NCBI GenBank assembly: GCA_035571575.1
Contig: DATNCK010000363.1
Coordinates: 1 to 34,451, forward strand
Length of the DNA stretch: 34,451 bases
DNA from: Steroidobacteraceae bacterium
Lineage (GTDB): Bacteria > Pseudomonadota > Gammaproteobacteria > Steroidobacterales > Steroidobacteraceae
Direction: 5' to 3'
Part shown: in pieces, positions 19,340-29,501 of the stretch
Position numbering within the stretch: position 1 is the first letter of the stretch
Layout: each line of letters starts with the position of its first letter
Notes under the pieces: generated by a model
The model's input: only the letters and a program-made list of their open reading frames with translations
Told to the model about the DNA's origin: nothing
Databases searched by the model: none
Program-made: the position numbers and the translations under genes

Positions 19340-19388
19340 AGACCTGTAACTACTACAACAGTCTTAAATATAAGTTTGGTTTAGAACT

Positions 19389-20492
19389 ATGAAATTCACG
19401 GCGACGCGTGAGCAGATCATTCATCCGCTGCAGGCGGTGATCGGTGTAGTCGAACGCAAGCAGACCATGCCGGTGCTGGCCAATGTGCTGTTGTCGGCCA
19501 AGGGCAGCCGGCTTTCAGTCACGGGCACCGACCTGGAAGTCGAGCTGGTGGCCAGCGGTGAAGTGAGCGTGGGTCAGCCGGGCGAGATCACCGTGCCGGG
19601 TCGCAAGCTGCTGGAGATTGCCAAGGCGCTGCCGGAGAAGTCTTCGGTCACCGTGACGCTGGATGGCGAGCGAGTGAAGATCGCTGCGGGTCGAAGCCGG
19701 TTCACGCTGTCCACCTTGGCAGCCAGCGAGTTTCCGGTGGTGGAGTCCGTGAGCGCGCAGCAAACCCTCACCCTGCCCCAGAGCGAACTGAGCCGGCTCA
19801 TCGGCAAGACGCATTTTTCGATGGCGCAGCAGGACGTTCGCTACTACCTGAACGGGACTTTGCTGGAAACGGACGGGAAATTGCTGCGAACGGTTGCAAC
19901 TGACGGTCATCGTCTGGCAATTGCCGAGGCGCAGCTGGCGACCGGCGGCAAGAGCGTCCAGGCGCAGCAAGTCATTGTTCCGCGCAAAGGTATTCTGGAA
20001 TTGCAGCGTATTCTCGGATCGGAGGGGGATGTGGAGATCACCATCGGATCGAATCACATTCGACTCCAGATCGGCGATATTCGCTTCACTTCGAAGCTTA
20101 TTGACGGCAAATTCCCGGATTACGGTCGCGTGATTCCGGCCAGCCCAGCCAAGGCCATCGTGGTGGATCGGGATTCTTTGCGTGCTGCACTGCAGCGCAC
20201 TGCGATTCTCTCCAATGAAAAGTATCGTGGCGTCCGGGTCGGCCTGGCGAATAACTCTTTGAAATTGCAGGCTCATAATCCCGAGCAGGAAGAAGCTCAG
20301 GATGAGGTGGAGATCGATTACAAGGGTGAGGAGCTGGAGATTGGCTTCAACGTCACCTACCTGCTGGACGCGCTGACGGCCATCGACACCGAAACCGTAG
20401 AGATCGGCCTTACCGATGCCAACAGCAGCTGTCTCATTCGTTCGCCCGGTACGACGCACTCGCGCTACGTCGTGATGCCGATGCGGCTGTAG
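19389..20492 (+). CDS. dnaN: DNA polymerase III beta sliding clamp
   Basis: 367-aa ORF. It begins MKFTATREQIIHPLQAVIGVVERKQTMPVLANVLL and ends YVVMPMRL. Conserved position after dnaA. Confidence 0.97.
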   Translation: MKFTATREQIIHPLQAVIGVVERKQTMPVLANVLLSAKGSRLSVTGTDLEVELVASGEVSVGQPGEITVPGRKLLEIAKALPEKSSVTVTLDGERVKIAAGRSRFTLSTLAASEFPVVESVSAQQTLTLPQSELSRLIGKTHFSMAQQDVRYYLNGTLLETDGKLLRTVATDGHRLAIAEAQLATGGKSVQAQQVIVPRKGILELQRILGSEGDVEITIGSNHIRLQIGDIRFTSKLIDGKFPDYGRVIPASPAKAIVVDRDSLRAALQRTAILSNEKYRGVRVGLANNSLKLQAHNPEQEEAQDEVEIDYKGEELEIGFNVTYLLDALTAIDTETVEIGLTDANSSCLIRSPGTTHSRYVVMPMRL

Positions 20493-20561
20493 GGCCGCAT
20501 TGATGACGGGCCACTTTCCGGTGCGCCTTGGTTGTCACGGTAGAGGGGCAGTTTTCTCGCC

Positions 20562-21617
20562 ATGAGCCTGGCGTCGCTCCAGATCTCTGGAGTTCGCTGC
20601 ATCCAGGCAGCTAGTCTGGAATTCCGGCCAGGCCTGAATCTCGTGTTTGGAGCCAACGGTTCCGGCAAGACATCCATTCTGGAGTCAGCTTTCCTCATCG
20701 GGCGAGGGCGCTCATTCCGCACCCGTCACACCGAGCAGCTCATTGGTCGGGAGCTCGACAGGTTGCAACTCTTCGGCACCACACAGCATCCGTCTCACCG
20801 AATCGGGTTCGAGTATCGGCGTGACGAGTCCTACAACGGCAGACTGGACGGTGAGGACATCAGAAGCCTAGCGGAGTTGCCGGGTGCGTTCTTTGTCGAA
20901 GTGATCGATCCGGAAGTTCACCGACTAGTGGAGGGGGCTCCCGGGGAGCGGAGGCGCTGGTTGGACTGGGGAGTGTTCCACGTGGAACCTGCGTTCCTGG
21001 AGACCTGGGTGCGATTCATCCGCGCGCTGAAGCAGCGCAATGCCTCCCTGAAGCAGGGCCTGGACCCCCGACCTTGGGACGCCGAACTGGTGTTGCACGG
21101 CGAATCTGTGGCGCGGATGCGCGAAGCCTGGCTGCAGTCGGTGCAACCTTTCTGGAAGGCCGCCGTGCAAAGGCTTTCTGGCCTCGACGTGAGCATGGGC
21201 TATTTCCGCGGCTGGGCTGCTGATCGCGAGTTGGGGGAAGTGCTCGAGGCCGGCCTGGAGCGCGATCGCCAGCGAGGGAGCACGCTCGCCGGACCCCAAA
21301 GAGGCGACGTGCAATTGAAAGTGCAGGGCAGAGCAGCGCGGGAGGTGCTATCCCGTGGCCAGCAGAAGCTGGTTGCCGCGGCTCTCGTCCTGGCACTGCT
21401 GCAGCGGTTGAGCGGAGATCCAGGAACGCCGCCGACGCTGCTCCTCGATGATCCTGCCGCCGAGCTGGACTCGCAGCGACTAGCCGCACTGGTCGAACTG
21501 GTGAAAGACCTTCGTTGCCAGCTGGTGGTGACCTCGCTGCATGCAGACCTAGCCATCTTCGGAATCCCCGAGCGTGCGTTCCACGTGGAACGTGGCGTCG
21601 TCACCTCGATGGGATAA
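20562..21617 (+). CDS. recF: DNA replication and repair protein RecF
   Basis: 351-aa ORF with Walker A GANGSGKTSILES, the SMC-like signature SRGQQKLVAAAL and Walker B LLLDDPAAELD. Conserved position after dnaN. Confidence 0.95.
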   Translation: MSLASLQISGVRCIQAASLEFRPGLNLVFGANGSGKTSILESAFLIGRGRSFRTRHTEQLIGRELDRLQLFGTTQHPSHRIGFEYRRDESYNGRLDGEDIRSLAELPGAFFVEVIDPEVHRLVEGAPGERRRWLDWGVFHVEPAFLETWVRFIRALKQRNASLKQGLDPRPWDAELVLHGESVARMREAWLQSVQPFWKAAVQRLSGLDVSMGYFRGWAADRELGEVLEAGLERDRQRGSTLAGPQRGDVQLKVQGRAAREVLSRGQQKLVAAALVLALLQRLSGDPGTPPTLLLDDPAAELDSQRLAALVELVKDLRCQLVVTSLHADLAIFGIPERAFHVERGVVTSMG

Positions 21618-21650
21618 TTTCGATAAACGAAATAATATACTTCGGTGCGG

Positions 21651-21682
21651 TGCATCCCATGCCGCCGCCCGTGACGACTCAA
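21651..21682 (+). promoter_or_regulatory. Bipartite motif copy 1 (candidate ECF-type promoter of the membrane protein-sigma-antisigma operon)
   Basis: TGCATCC (21651-21657), 11 nt, CCGTGACGACTCAA (21669-21682). The motif ends 28 nt before ATG 21711. It is identical in both halves and in spacing to copy 2 at 22988-23019. Confidence 0.55.
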
Positions 21683-21710
21683 CTGCGTCCCGACCTCAAG
21701 AGAGACCGCG

Positions 21711-22124
21711 ATGACCGGCAAACTTCCCGAGATCTACTGGTACCTGTTCTGGATCGGCTTCGTGATCCTCGCGTTTCGCATGGCTTATCTGGGCGGCCGC
21801 TCCGGCCACGAGAAGCACATGAAGGCGCTCGACATCCTGAAGCTCTACGCCGAGAAGGGCGCAGAACCACCGCCCGCGATGATGGATCAGCTGGCCGCGC
21901 AGGTATTCCAGGAGGCGAATCCCAAGCGCGATGGCACCGGCGGTTTGATGACCACCTTCCTCAGCCTGCTGTTCATGGCTTGCGTGTCCTGGGGCGTCAG
22001 CGCCTGGCTCACCGCCAGGCAAGTCGCGCCCTGGGCTCCCATCGCGGCAACCGCGGCACTGGCGTTCTTTGGTATTGGCGCAGCCGGCTTCCTGATTGCA
22101 GCATTACTCAACCGCAAGAAATAG
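21711..22124 (+). CDS. Small three-TM membrane protein (hypothetical), first gene of the ECF operon
   Basis: 137-aa ORF. Hydrophobic segments: IYWYLFWIGFVILAFRMAYL, LMTTFLSLLFMACVSWGVSAWL and IAATAALAFFGIGAAGFLIAALL. A soluble loop (HEKHMKALDILKLYAEKGAEPPPAMMDQL) lies between the first two. The stop TAG at 22122-22124 abuts the sigma ATG at 22125. Confidence 0.7.
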   Translation: MTGKLPEIYWYLFWIGFVILAFRMAYLGGRSGHEKHMKALDILKLYAEKGAEPPPAMMDQLAAQVFQEANPKRDGTGGLMTTFLSLLFMACVSWGVSAWLTARQVAPWAPIAATAALAFFGIGAAGFLIAALLNRKK

Positions 22125-22643
22125 ATGGATGCGGAGGACGCAGCATTGCTCGCCGCAGTCCGCGACGGTTCGCAGCAGGCGTTCAACCTGCTGGTCGATC
22201 GTCATCAGCAGGCAGTGCGCGTGTTCCTGCGACGCCTGGTGGGCGCCAACGACGCCGACGATGTCGCGCAGGAAACATTTCTCGCGCTATGGACACAGGC
22301 TCGCATGTTTCGTGGCGGCTCACCCGTGCGCACCTGGCTGCTAGGCATCGCCTGGCGTAAAGCCAAGGACACGCAGCGAAGCTGGTTTCGCCGGCGTCGC
22401 CGCGACCAGGCCTGGCATGAAAGCAGGGATGATCACGAGGAATTCTCTGCTGACATGCAGCGGGCCATGGAACAGGCCATGGCTTCGCTGTCGCTGGATC
22501 AGCGCGCCGCCGTCACCTTGTGCCTTGCCTTCGGGCTGTCGCATGTCGAGGCCTCGGCGACCATGAATCTGCCACTGGGCACAGTGAAATCGCATGTGGC
22601 GCGTGGCCGTGAAAAGCTGCACGCCTTGCTGGGAGACGAGTGA
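22125..22643 (+). CDS. ECF-type RNA polymerase sigma-70 family factor
   Basis: 172-aa ORF. Region 2 is DDVAQETFLALW. Region 4 is LSLDQRAAVTLCLAFGLSHVEASATMNLPLGTVKSHVARGREKL. Confidence 0.9.
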   Translation: MDAEDAALLAAVRDGSQQAFNLLVDRHQQAVRVFLRRLVGANDADDVAQETFLALWTQARMFRGGSPVRTWLLGIAWRKAKDTQRSWFRRRRRDQAWHESRDDHEEFSADMQRAMEQAMASLSLDQRAAVTLCLAFGLSHVEASATMNLPLGTVKSHVARGREKLHALLGDE

Positions 22644-22960
22644 TGGAAGAACAGATGGACGAGAAGATCGGAAGACTGCTGCGCATGGATGCGCCTGCAG
22701 AGCGGGATCCATGGTTCCGCATCAGCTTGATCGAGCGCCGCGAAAGAATGCGTTACCAGCGGCGTCAACAGAAGTTGCTGGGTGTAGCGCTGCTCATCGC
22801 CCTGTTCATCGTTCTGCCGTTGATGCTGCGACCCACGCTCTTCAGCATGGAACTGCTGCGCAGCAGCCTCATCGCGCTCTTCGCGCTCGCGCTGATCGCA
22901 GCAGCGGTGCGTGCGGTGCATGGTCTGCGGCAGGCACTGCGTTGGCTGCGAGGTGTCTAG
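22643..22960 (+). CDS. Small two-TM membrane protein, candidate non-canonical anti-sigma factor
   Basis: ATG at 22643 shares its A with the sigma stop (TGATG at 22641-22645), and SD GGGAGA lies upstream. The protein has a charged N-terminal region of about 45 aa and then two hydrophobic helices. There is no HxxxCxxC zinc anti-sigma motif. The functional call rests on position only. Confidence 0.55.
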   Translation: MEEQMDEKIGRLLRMDAPAERDPWFRISLIERRERMRYQRRQQKLLGVALLIALFIVLPLMLRPTLFSMELLRSSLIALFALALIAAAVRAVHGLRQALRWLRGV

Positions 22961-22987
22961 GATCGGGCGCTGAAAATTCCGCCGCGC

Positions 22988-23019
22988 TGCATCCGGACGG
23001 CCGCACCGTGACGACTCAA
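22988..23019 (+). promoter_or_regulatory. Bipartite motif copy 2 (candidate ECF-type promoter of the TPR/CxxCH gene)
   Basis: TGCATCC (22988-22994), 11 nt, CCGTGACGACTCAA (23006-23019). Same halves and spacing as copy 1. Confidence 0.55.
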
Positions 23020-23060
23020 GTATGAAAGCGCAATCCGCGCACATACAGGAAGGGCTCGCC

Positions 23061-23936
23061 ATGGATTGTCGACAAGCCGCGGACATCCGCTGGGATCAGG
23101 TCTGCAAGCAGGTTTCAAAAGTCGCCACGCTGATCCTGATGTGGATCTTCGTGCTGCTGGCCGTGTTCAATACGGCATGGGCTCACGCGCCGGCACCGGC
23201 TGTGGGCGCCAAGCAAGTTCTCGAGCAATCGCGCCGGTACCAGTACCAGTTCCGCACCGGTGATGCGACCGTACTGGCTCCCTGGGTCGCGATGCTGGAA
23301 GAGGCGACGAAGGCTGAGCCAGGCAACGCCGACCTCTGGTACTGGCAGGGCTATGCCTACCTCGCGCTTGGCGCCCACTCACTGATGGCGCAGAAACCCG
23401 AAGACGCCATGGCTGCAATGAAGAAGGGCCCGGCGGCGCTGATGCGGGCGCTGAAACTCAATCCCGATCACGCCGAGGCGCTGTCGCAGCTGGGTGGCAT
23501 ACAGACCTTGCTGGGGCCCGTGCTGCAGTTGCCGGCCATGGCGCCGCGTGGTGTGGCGCAGATGAATCGTGCGGTGGAGCTGGCGCCCAATTCCATCCGT
23601 GTGCGGTTGATGCGCGCCTTCGCCGGTCCGAATCTGCCGCCCGAGCTGCGCAACACCGCCAACGAAGCCGAGGATCTGGACTATCTGATCGAGGTTGCGG
23701 AGTGGGGCACGGCTGGCGACTACATCCGCATCATGCGTGGCGATCTGAGTTTCGAAACCGGCCATCCGGATCTGGCACGTGCCATGTACCGCAGCGTTGA
23801 GGGTTCAGGCTCAGGTGCCTCAATGGATGCCAAAGCCCGACTCGCAGCGCTGGAGAAGGGCAGTGTGCCCCTGGCAGACATCAAGGCGCTGCGTACCTCG
23901 GCGGGCTCGCAGTGCGCCATGTGCCACGTAAAATAG
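23061..23936 (+). CDS. Secreted TPR-like protein with a C-terminal CxxCH motif
   Basis: I prefer ATG at 23061, preceded by AGGAAGGG (23048-23055). The track start at 23022 sits 2 nt after the promoter-like motif. There is a hydrophobic signal-like segment VATLILMWIFVLLAVFNTAWA. TPR-like helices include NADLWYWQGYAYLALG and ALKLNPDHAEALSQLGG. The protein ends SQCAMCHVK, with CAMCH at 23913-23927. Confidence 0.7.
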   Translation: MDCRQAADIRWDQVCKQVSKVATLILMWIFVLLAVFNTAWAHAPAPAVGAKQVLEQSRRYQYQFRTGDATVLAPWVAMLEEATKAEPGNADLWYWQGYAYLALGAHSLMAQKPEDAMAAMKKGPAALMRALKLNPDHAEALSQLGGIQTLLGPVLQLPAMAPRGVAQMNRAVELAPNSIRVRLMRAFAGPNLPPELRNTANEAEDLDYLIEVAEWGTAGDYIRIMRGDLSFETGHPDLARAMYRSVEGSGSGASMDAKARLAALEKGSVPLADIKALRTSAGSQCAMCHVK

Positions 23937-23986
23937 GGGGCGCAACACCCCGGTTGATGCAGCCCTCCCAGGGGTTTCAGCCAGGC

Positions 23987-24014
23987 TGACCTGCAGCCGT
24001 TCAGAGGCTATAAT
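23987..24014 (+). promoter_or_regulatory. Candidate sigma-70 promoter of gyrB
   Basis: TGACCT (23987-23992), 16-nt spacer, TATAAT (24009-24014). It lies 27 nt upstream of the gyrB ATG. Confidence 0.5.
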
Positions 24015-24038
24015 AATAATGAGCGGCGCAGGGGTTGA

Positions 24039-26486
<2,448 letters not shown>

Positions 26487-26493
26487 AAGGCAT

Positions 26494-26520
26494 GCCGGGG
26501 TTTGGGGTAACATCCCCGGC
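26494..26520 (+). terminator. Candidate stem-loop after gyrB
   Basis: GCCGGGG (26494-26500) pairs with CCCCGGC (26514-26520), with a possible inner GGGG/CCCC pairing. It starts 8 nt after the gyrB stop. There is no T-tract. Confidence 0.35.
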
Positions 26521-26557
26521 CACAACATCCGCTCCAAGAACGAGGCGCTAGACATCC

Positions 26558-27394
26558 GTGGACGTTGGCCATCTGCGTGAATCACTGACCAACAGCATCC
26601 AGACCCTGGCAAATGATGCCGCGGCCCGGCTGCCTGGTCTGATCGTCGCCGTTCTGCTGATCATCGCGGGCTGGATCGTCGCGCGGCTGGCACGCTCCGG
26701 CATGCGACGGGTGCTGACCTCGCTGCAGAAATCCATCGCCCGTCGCAGTGGCCGGCCCGAGAGCGACTCGGGCGCCGAACGCCTCTCTGCCCGTGTGCTC
26801 AGCGGCGTGGTGTTCTGGGCGGTGATCCTGCTGTTCGCTTCCACCGCGACGCAGATCATCGGTCTCGACCTGTTCACGAAGTGGATCAGCGGCATCGTCA
26901 AGCATGTGCCCGGCATCCTCGCGGGCCTGCTCATCATTGCCGCGGGCTTCGTCGCCTCCGGTTTCGTCGGCGACCTGATCCGCTCGAGTGCCAAGCGACT
27001 GCCGAGTGCGCAGCAGGTGGCGCTGGTGCGGGTGGCACAGACCTCGGTGCTGGTGGTGGCGCTGCTGGTGGGCGCGGACCAGATCGGACTGGAAGTGCGC
27101 TGGGTGGCCATCCTGGTGACGGTGACGCTGGGCGTGACGCTGGGCGGCGCGGCGTTGGCAGTGAGCTTCGGTTCCAAGCACTTCATCGCCAATGCCATCG
27201 GCGCGCACTACATGCGCCAGTCCTTCCGCGTTGGCGAGAAGGTGCGCGTGGCGGGCTATGAAGGGCGCATCATCGACATCAACGCCACGTCCATCGTGCT
27301 GGAGACCGCCAGTGGACGCGTGAACATCCCGGCCGGCGCCTACAGCAACAGCCCCATCGAATTGCTGAGCGCAGAGCGCAGCGAGAATGTCTGA
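26558..27394 (+). CDS. Minimal MscS-like (mechanosensitive channel family) membrane protein lacking the C-terminal cytoplasmic domain
   Basis: 278-aa ORF with a GTG start at 26558 (start uncertain). It has two conserved-TM-helix-like repeats (LPGLIVAVLLIIAGWIVARLA and VPGILAGLLIIAAGFVASGFV). The pore-helix-like segment is GVTLGGAALAVSFGSKHFIANAIGAHYM. The MscS beta-domain is FRVGEKVRVAGYEGRIIDINATSIVLETASGRVNIPAGAYSNSPIE, and the protein ends 10 aa later. Confidence 0.75.
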   Translation: MDVGHLRESLTNSIQTLANDAAARLPGLIVAVLLIIAGWIVARLARSGMRRVLTSLQKSIARRSGRPESDSGAERLSARVLSGVVFWAVILLFASTATQIIGLDLFTKWISGIVKHVPGILAGLLIIAAGFVASGFVGDLIRSSAKRLPSAQQVALVRVAQTSVLVVALLVGADQIGLEVRWVAILVTVTLGVTLGGAALAVSFGSKHFIANAIGAHYMRQSFRVGEKVRVAGYEGRIIDINATSIVLETASGRVNIPAGAYSNSPIELLSAERSENV

Positions 27395-28229
27395 AGCGCT
27401 GACGCATGCCTTCCTGCGCGCGCATCCTGAAGACGCCGCACGTGTGCTCGAGGGTTGTCCTCCCGCTGATGTCGTAGCGCTGATGCAGCAGCTGCCGGCG
27501 CGCATCACCGCACCGGTGCTGCAGCTGTTGCGTCCGTCGATGGCCGCGGCGGTTCTGCATGGTGTGGATCTCAATCGCGGCGCGGCATTGGTGGCGCTGC
27601 TCGAAACCAGCATGGCCGCGCGTGTGCTGCGTCAGGTCACCGAAGAGCAGCGCATCGCGCTGCTGGCACGTCTGCGTACCTCCAAGGGCATTGCGTTGCG
27701 ATTCATTCTCGCCGTGCCGGACGACAGCATCGGCGCCTGGGTGGATGCAGACTGCCTCACGCTCACCGGCGAGGTCACCGCAGCGGCGGCGCGCGAGCGT
27801 GCTGCGGCCGCCAACGGCAACACCGAGCGCATCGTGCTGCTCGACGCCGATCGACGGCCGATGTCGTGGATCCTGTTGCCGGATTTGCTGCGCGCACAGC
27901 CCGCAACGCCGGTGTCAGCTCTGGCCGTGCCGATTCCCGCGACGCTGGTGGCCGCGATGCCTTTGTCGGCCGGCTTGTTGCACGCTGCGTGGCGCACGAG
28001 TTCTGTGCTGCCCGTGACCACGCGCCTGGGCACGTTCATCGGCCTGCTGCGTCATGAGCGACTGCAGCAGGTGTATGACCAGGATCGCGCCAGCCGCGGC
28101 CCGGGCATCAATGCGGTGGGCGCGGTGCTGTCGCGCGGCTACTGGCAGAGCGTCACCGGCATCCTGCGCGGTGGCCTGTCGCTGCTGCCGCCGGTGCGCG
28201 CGCTGTCGGAGATTCCCGATGAGCGCTGA
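27387..28229 (+). CDS. Soluble MgtE N-terminal-domain / CBS-like protein (no transmembrane pore domain), paralogue 1
   Basis: 280-aa ORF whose ATG at 27387 overlaps the upstream stop by 8 nt (ATGTCTGA). The N-terminal region FLRAHPEDAARVLEGCPPADVVALMQQLP... follows the MgtE_N pattern. The second half is a degenerate CBS-like region. I saw no hydrophobic TM stretches. Confidence 0.65.
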   Translation: MSEALTHAFLRAHPEDAARVLEGCPPADVVALMQQLPARITAPVLQLLRPSMAAAVLHGVDLNRGAALVALLETSMAARVLRQVTEEQRIALLARLRTSKGIALRFILAVPDDSIGAWVDADCLTLTGEVTAAAARERAAAANGNTERIVLLDADRRPMSWILLPDLLRAQPATPVSALAVPIPATLVAAMPLSAGLLHAAWRTSSVLPVTTRLGTFIGLLRHERLQQVYDQDRASRGPGINAVGAVLSRGYWQSVTGILRGGLSLLPPVRALSEIPDER

Positions 28230-28959
28230 GCTGGCCACGGTCGCGCTGCTCAACGAGCGCTTTCTGACGGACTATCCATTCGAGGCGGCGCGTGCCCTGG
28301 AGGCACTGCCTACGGAATCCACCGTTTCGATCCTGCGTTCTCGTTCGGCAAAAGCGCGTTTGCGTACCTGGCAGGCGCTGGCGCCCGATCGCGCTGCAGA
28401 TGTGCTGATCGCGCTGGATGCGCAAACCGCACAGCAGCTGCTGCTCGAATCCGATCCGCAGGTGAGTGTGGCTGCGTTGTCGCAGGTGGATGCTTCGCGG
28501 CGCGAGGGACTGCTCGCCGCGCTGCCTGAAGAAGCAGCCGCAGATCTGCGTCATGTGATGCAGTACCCGCCCGGCACTGCGGGCTACCTGATGGATCCAC
28601 GCATCGGCGCAATCGATGCGCGGCTCACGGTGGCCGAAGCCATCGAACGCCTGCGCAGTCTGCGAACGCGGGGCCTGAGAGATTTGTTCGTGGTCGACCA
28701 GCAGATGCAGCTGGTCGGTCAGCTCGAGATCGAAGATCTCGCACTTACCGGGCGCGAGCGTCCGCTACGCGAGATCACCCGGGCCGTCACCGCCGTGGTG
28801 CGTGACAACGATACCGCGGCTGTCGTGGCGAAGCGGTGGAGCGAAACGCCACTGACGGTGCTCCCGGTGGTGAATGCAGCGGGGCGTTTCGTCGGAGTAG
28901 TGCGGCAGTCACCGAATGCGCGCTCTTCAAGAGGGCTGCTGCGACGCTTGTTCGGCTGA
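28219..28959 (+). CDS. Soluble MgtE N-terminal-domain / CBS-pair protein (no transmembrane pore domain), paralogue 2
   Basis: 246 aa from ATG at 28219, overlapping the upstream gene by 11 nt (ATGAGCGCTGA). The N-terminal region is FLTDYPFEAARALEALPTES.... The linker and CBS region read MQYPPGTAGYLMDPRIGAIDARLTVAEAIERLR...LFVVDQQMQLVGQLEIEDL...LPVVNAAGRFVGVV, matching the MgtE linker+CBS pattern. The track start at 28054 is rejected. Confidence 0.7.
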   Translation: MSAELATVALLNERFLTDYPFEAARALEALPTESTVSILRSRSAKARLRTWQALAPDRAADVLIALDAQTAQQLLLESDPQVSVAALSQVDASRREGLLAALPEEAAADLRHVMQYPPGTAGYLMDPRIGAIDARLTVAEAIERLRSLRTRGLRDLFVVDQQMQLVGQLEIEDLALTGRERPLREITRAVTAVVRDNDTAAVVAKRWSETPLTVLPVVNAAGRFVGVVRQSPNARSSRGLLRRLFG

Positions 28960-28976
28960 AGCGCCGCGTCTTCAGC
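28955..28976. terminator. Candidate bidirectional stem-loop spanning two convergent stop codons
   Basis: GCTGAAG (28955-28961), 8-nt loop, CTTCAGC (28970-28976). The TGA of the MgtE-like gene (28957-28959) and the TGA of the CAP gene (complement of 28972-28974) both lie in the stem arms. Confidence 0.4.
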
Positions 28977-29481
28977 GCGCCGGCTGACCGAAGTCCTGCA
29001 CCCAGTAGAAATGGCCGCGCTTGCGGCCTTTTGCCACGGCGCTGCCCATGTCTCGAAAGCGCGCATCCATGATGTTGGCGCAGTGACCTGGGCTTGCCAG
29101 CCAGCCGGCAACCACTTCCTCCGCTGAGTCGGAACCGAAGGCGATGTTCTCGCCGATGAGCATCCAGCGATATCCCGTGCGGCGCACGCGATCTCTGGGT
29201 TCGCTGCCATCCGGGGCGTGGTGATCGAAATAGCTGCGCGCGGCCATGTCACGGGCGTGGGAAGCCGCCGCCTTGTGCAGAGATGCTGACGGCCGCAGCG
29301 CCGAGACAGCGGGAAAAAAATCATGGCCGCAACGCCTGCCCTGAGCCCGGGCTGCATTCACGAGTTCGAGAATGCGCTCTTGCACCACCGTGGGCCTGGC
29401 CGTCGCCGGCACCCCGGCATGGCCGAGACCTGCCGATCCGCAAAGGATGAGAGTCGCCAGCAGCCGGTAGGTTGGGCTCAT
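28972..29481 (-). CDS. Secreted CAP/SCP (PR-1-like) domain protein
   Basis: 169 aa from ATG at 29481 (MSPTYRLLATLILCGSAGLGHAG, signal peptide). CAP-like motifs: LHKAAASHARDMAARSYFDHHAPDGS, GENIAFG and VAGWLASPGHCANIM. The track extension to 29610 runs through the AT-rich promoter region and is rejected. Confidence 0.8.
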   Translation of the reverse strand: MSPTYRLLATLILCGSAGLGHAGVPATARPTVVQERILELVNAARAQGRRCGHDFFPAVSALRPSASLHKAAASHARDMAARSYFDHHAPDGSEPRDRVRRTGYRWMLIGENIAFGSDSAEEVVAGWLASPGHCANIMDARFRDMGSAVAKGRKRGHFYWVQDFGQPAR

Positions 29482-29501
29482 CTTCACAGCCCAAGTCTGG
29501 C

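Larger units (their letters stand above)
19161..19388. other. Putative chromosomal replication origin (oriC) in the dnaA-dnaN spacer
   Basis: This 228-bp non-coding spacer is clearly lower in GC than its flanks. It holds five DnaA-box-like 9-mers (next two features) and an AT-rich tract at 19340-19388 (AGACCTGTAACTACTACAACAGTCTTAAATATAAGTTTGGTTTAGAACT). Confidence 0.7.

Noticed and set aside
19515-20459. 314-aa minus-strand ORF
   Set aside because: It is antisense to dnaN, which is unambiguous.
23022-23060. Upstream ATG start for the TPR/CxxCH gene
   Set aside because: This ATG lies 2 nt after the conserved promoter-like motif and has no SD. The ATG at 23061 has AGGAAGGG at ideal spacing. 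A leaderless mRNA from 23022 cannot be fully excluded.
26582-27613. 343-aa minus-strand ORF
   Set aside because: It is antisense to the MscS-like gene and the first MgtE_N-like gene. Its composition is Arg/Ala/Gly/His-rich.
28054-28218. 55-aa upstream extension of the second MgtE_N/CBS ORF
   Set aside because: It lies entirely inside the preceding gene in another frame and is Cys/Arg-rich noise. The ATG at 28219 gives the MgtE_N-like N-terminus and a typical coupled overlap.
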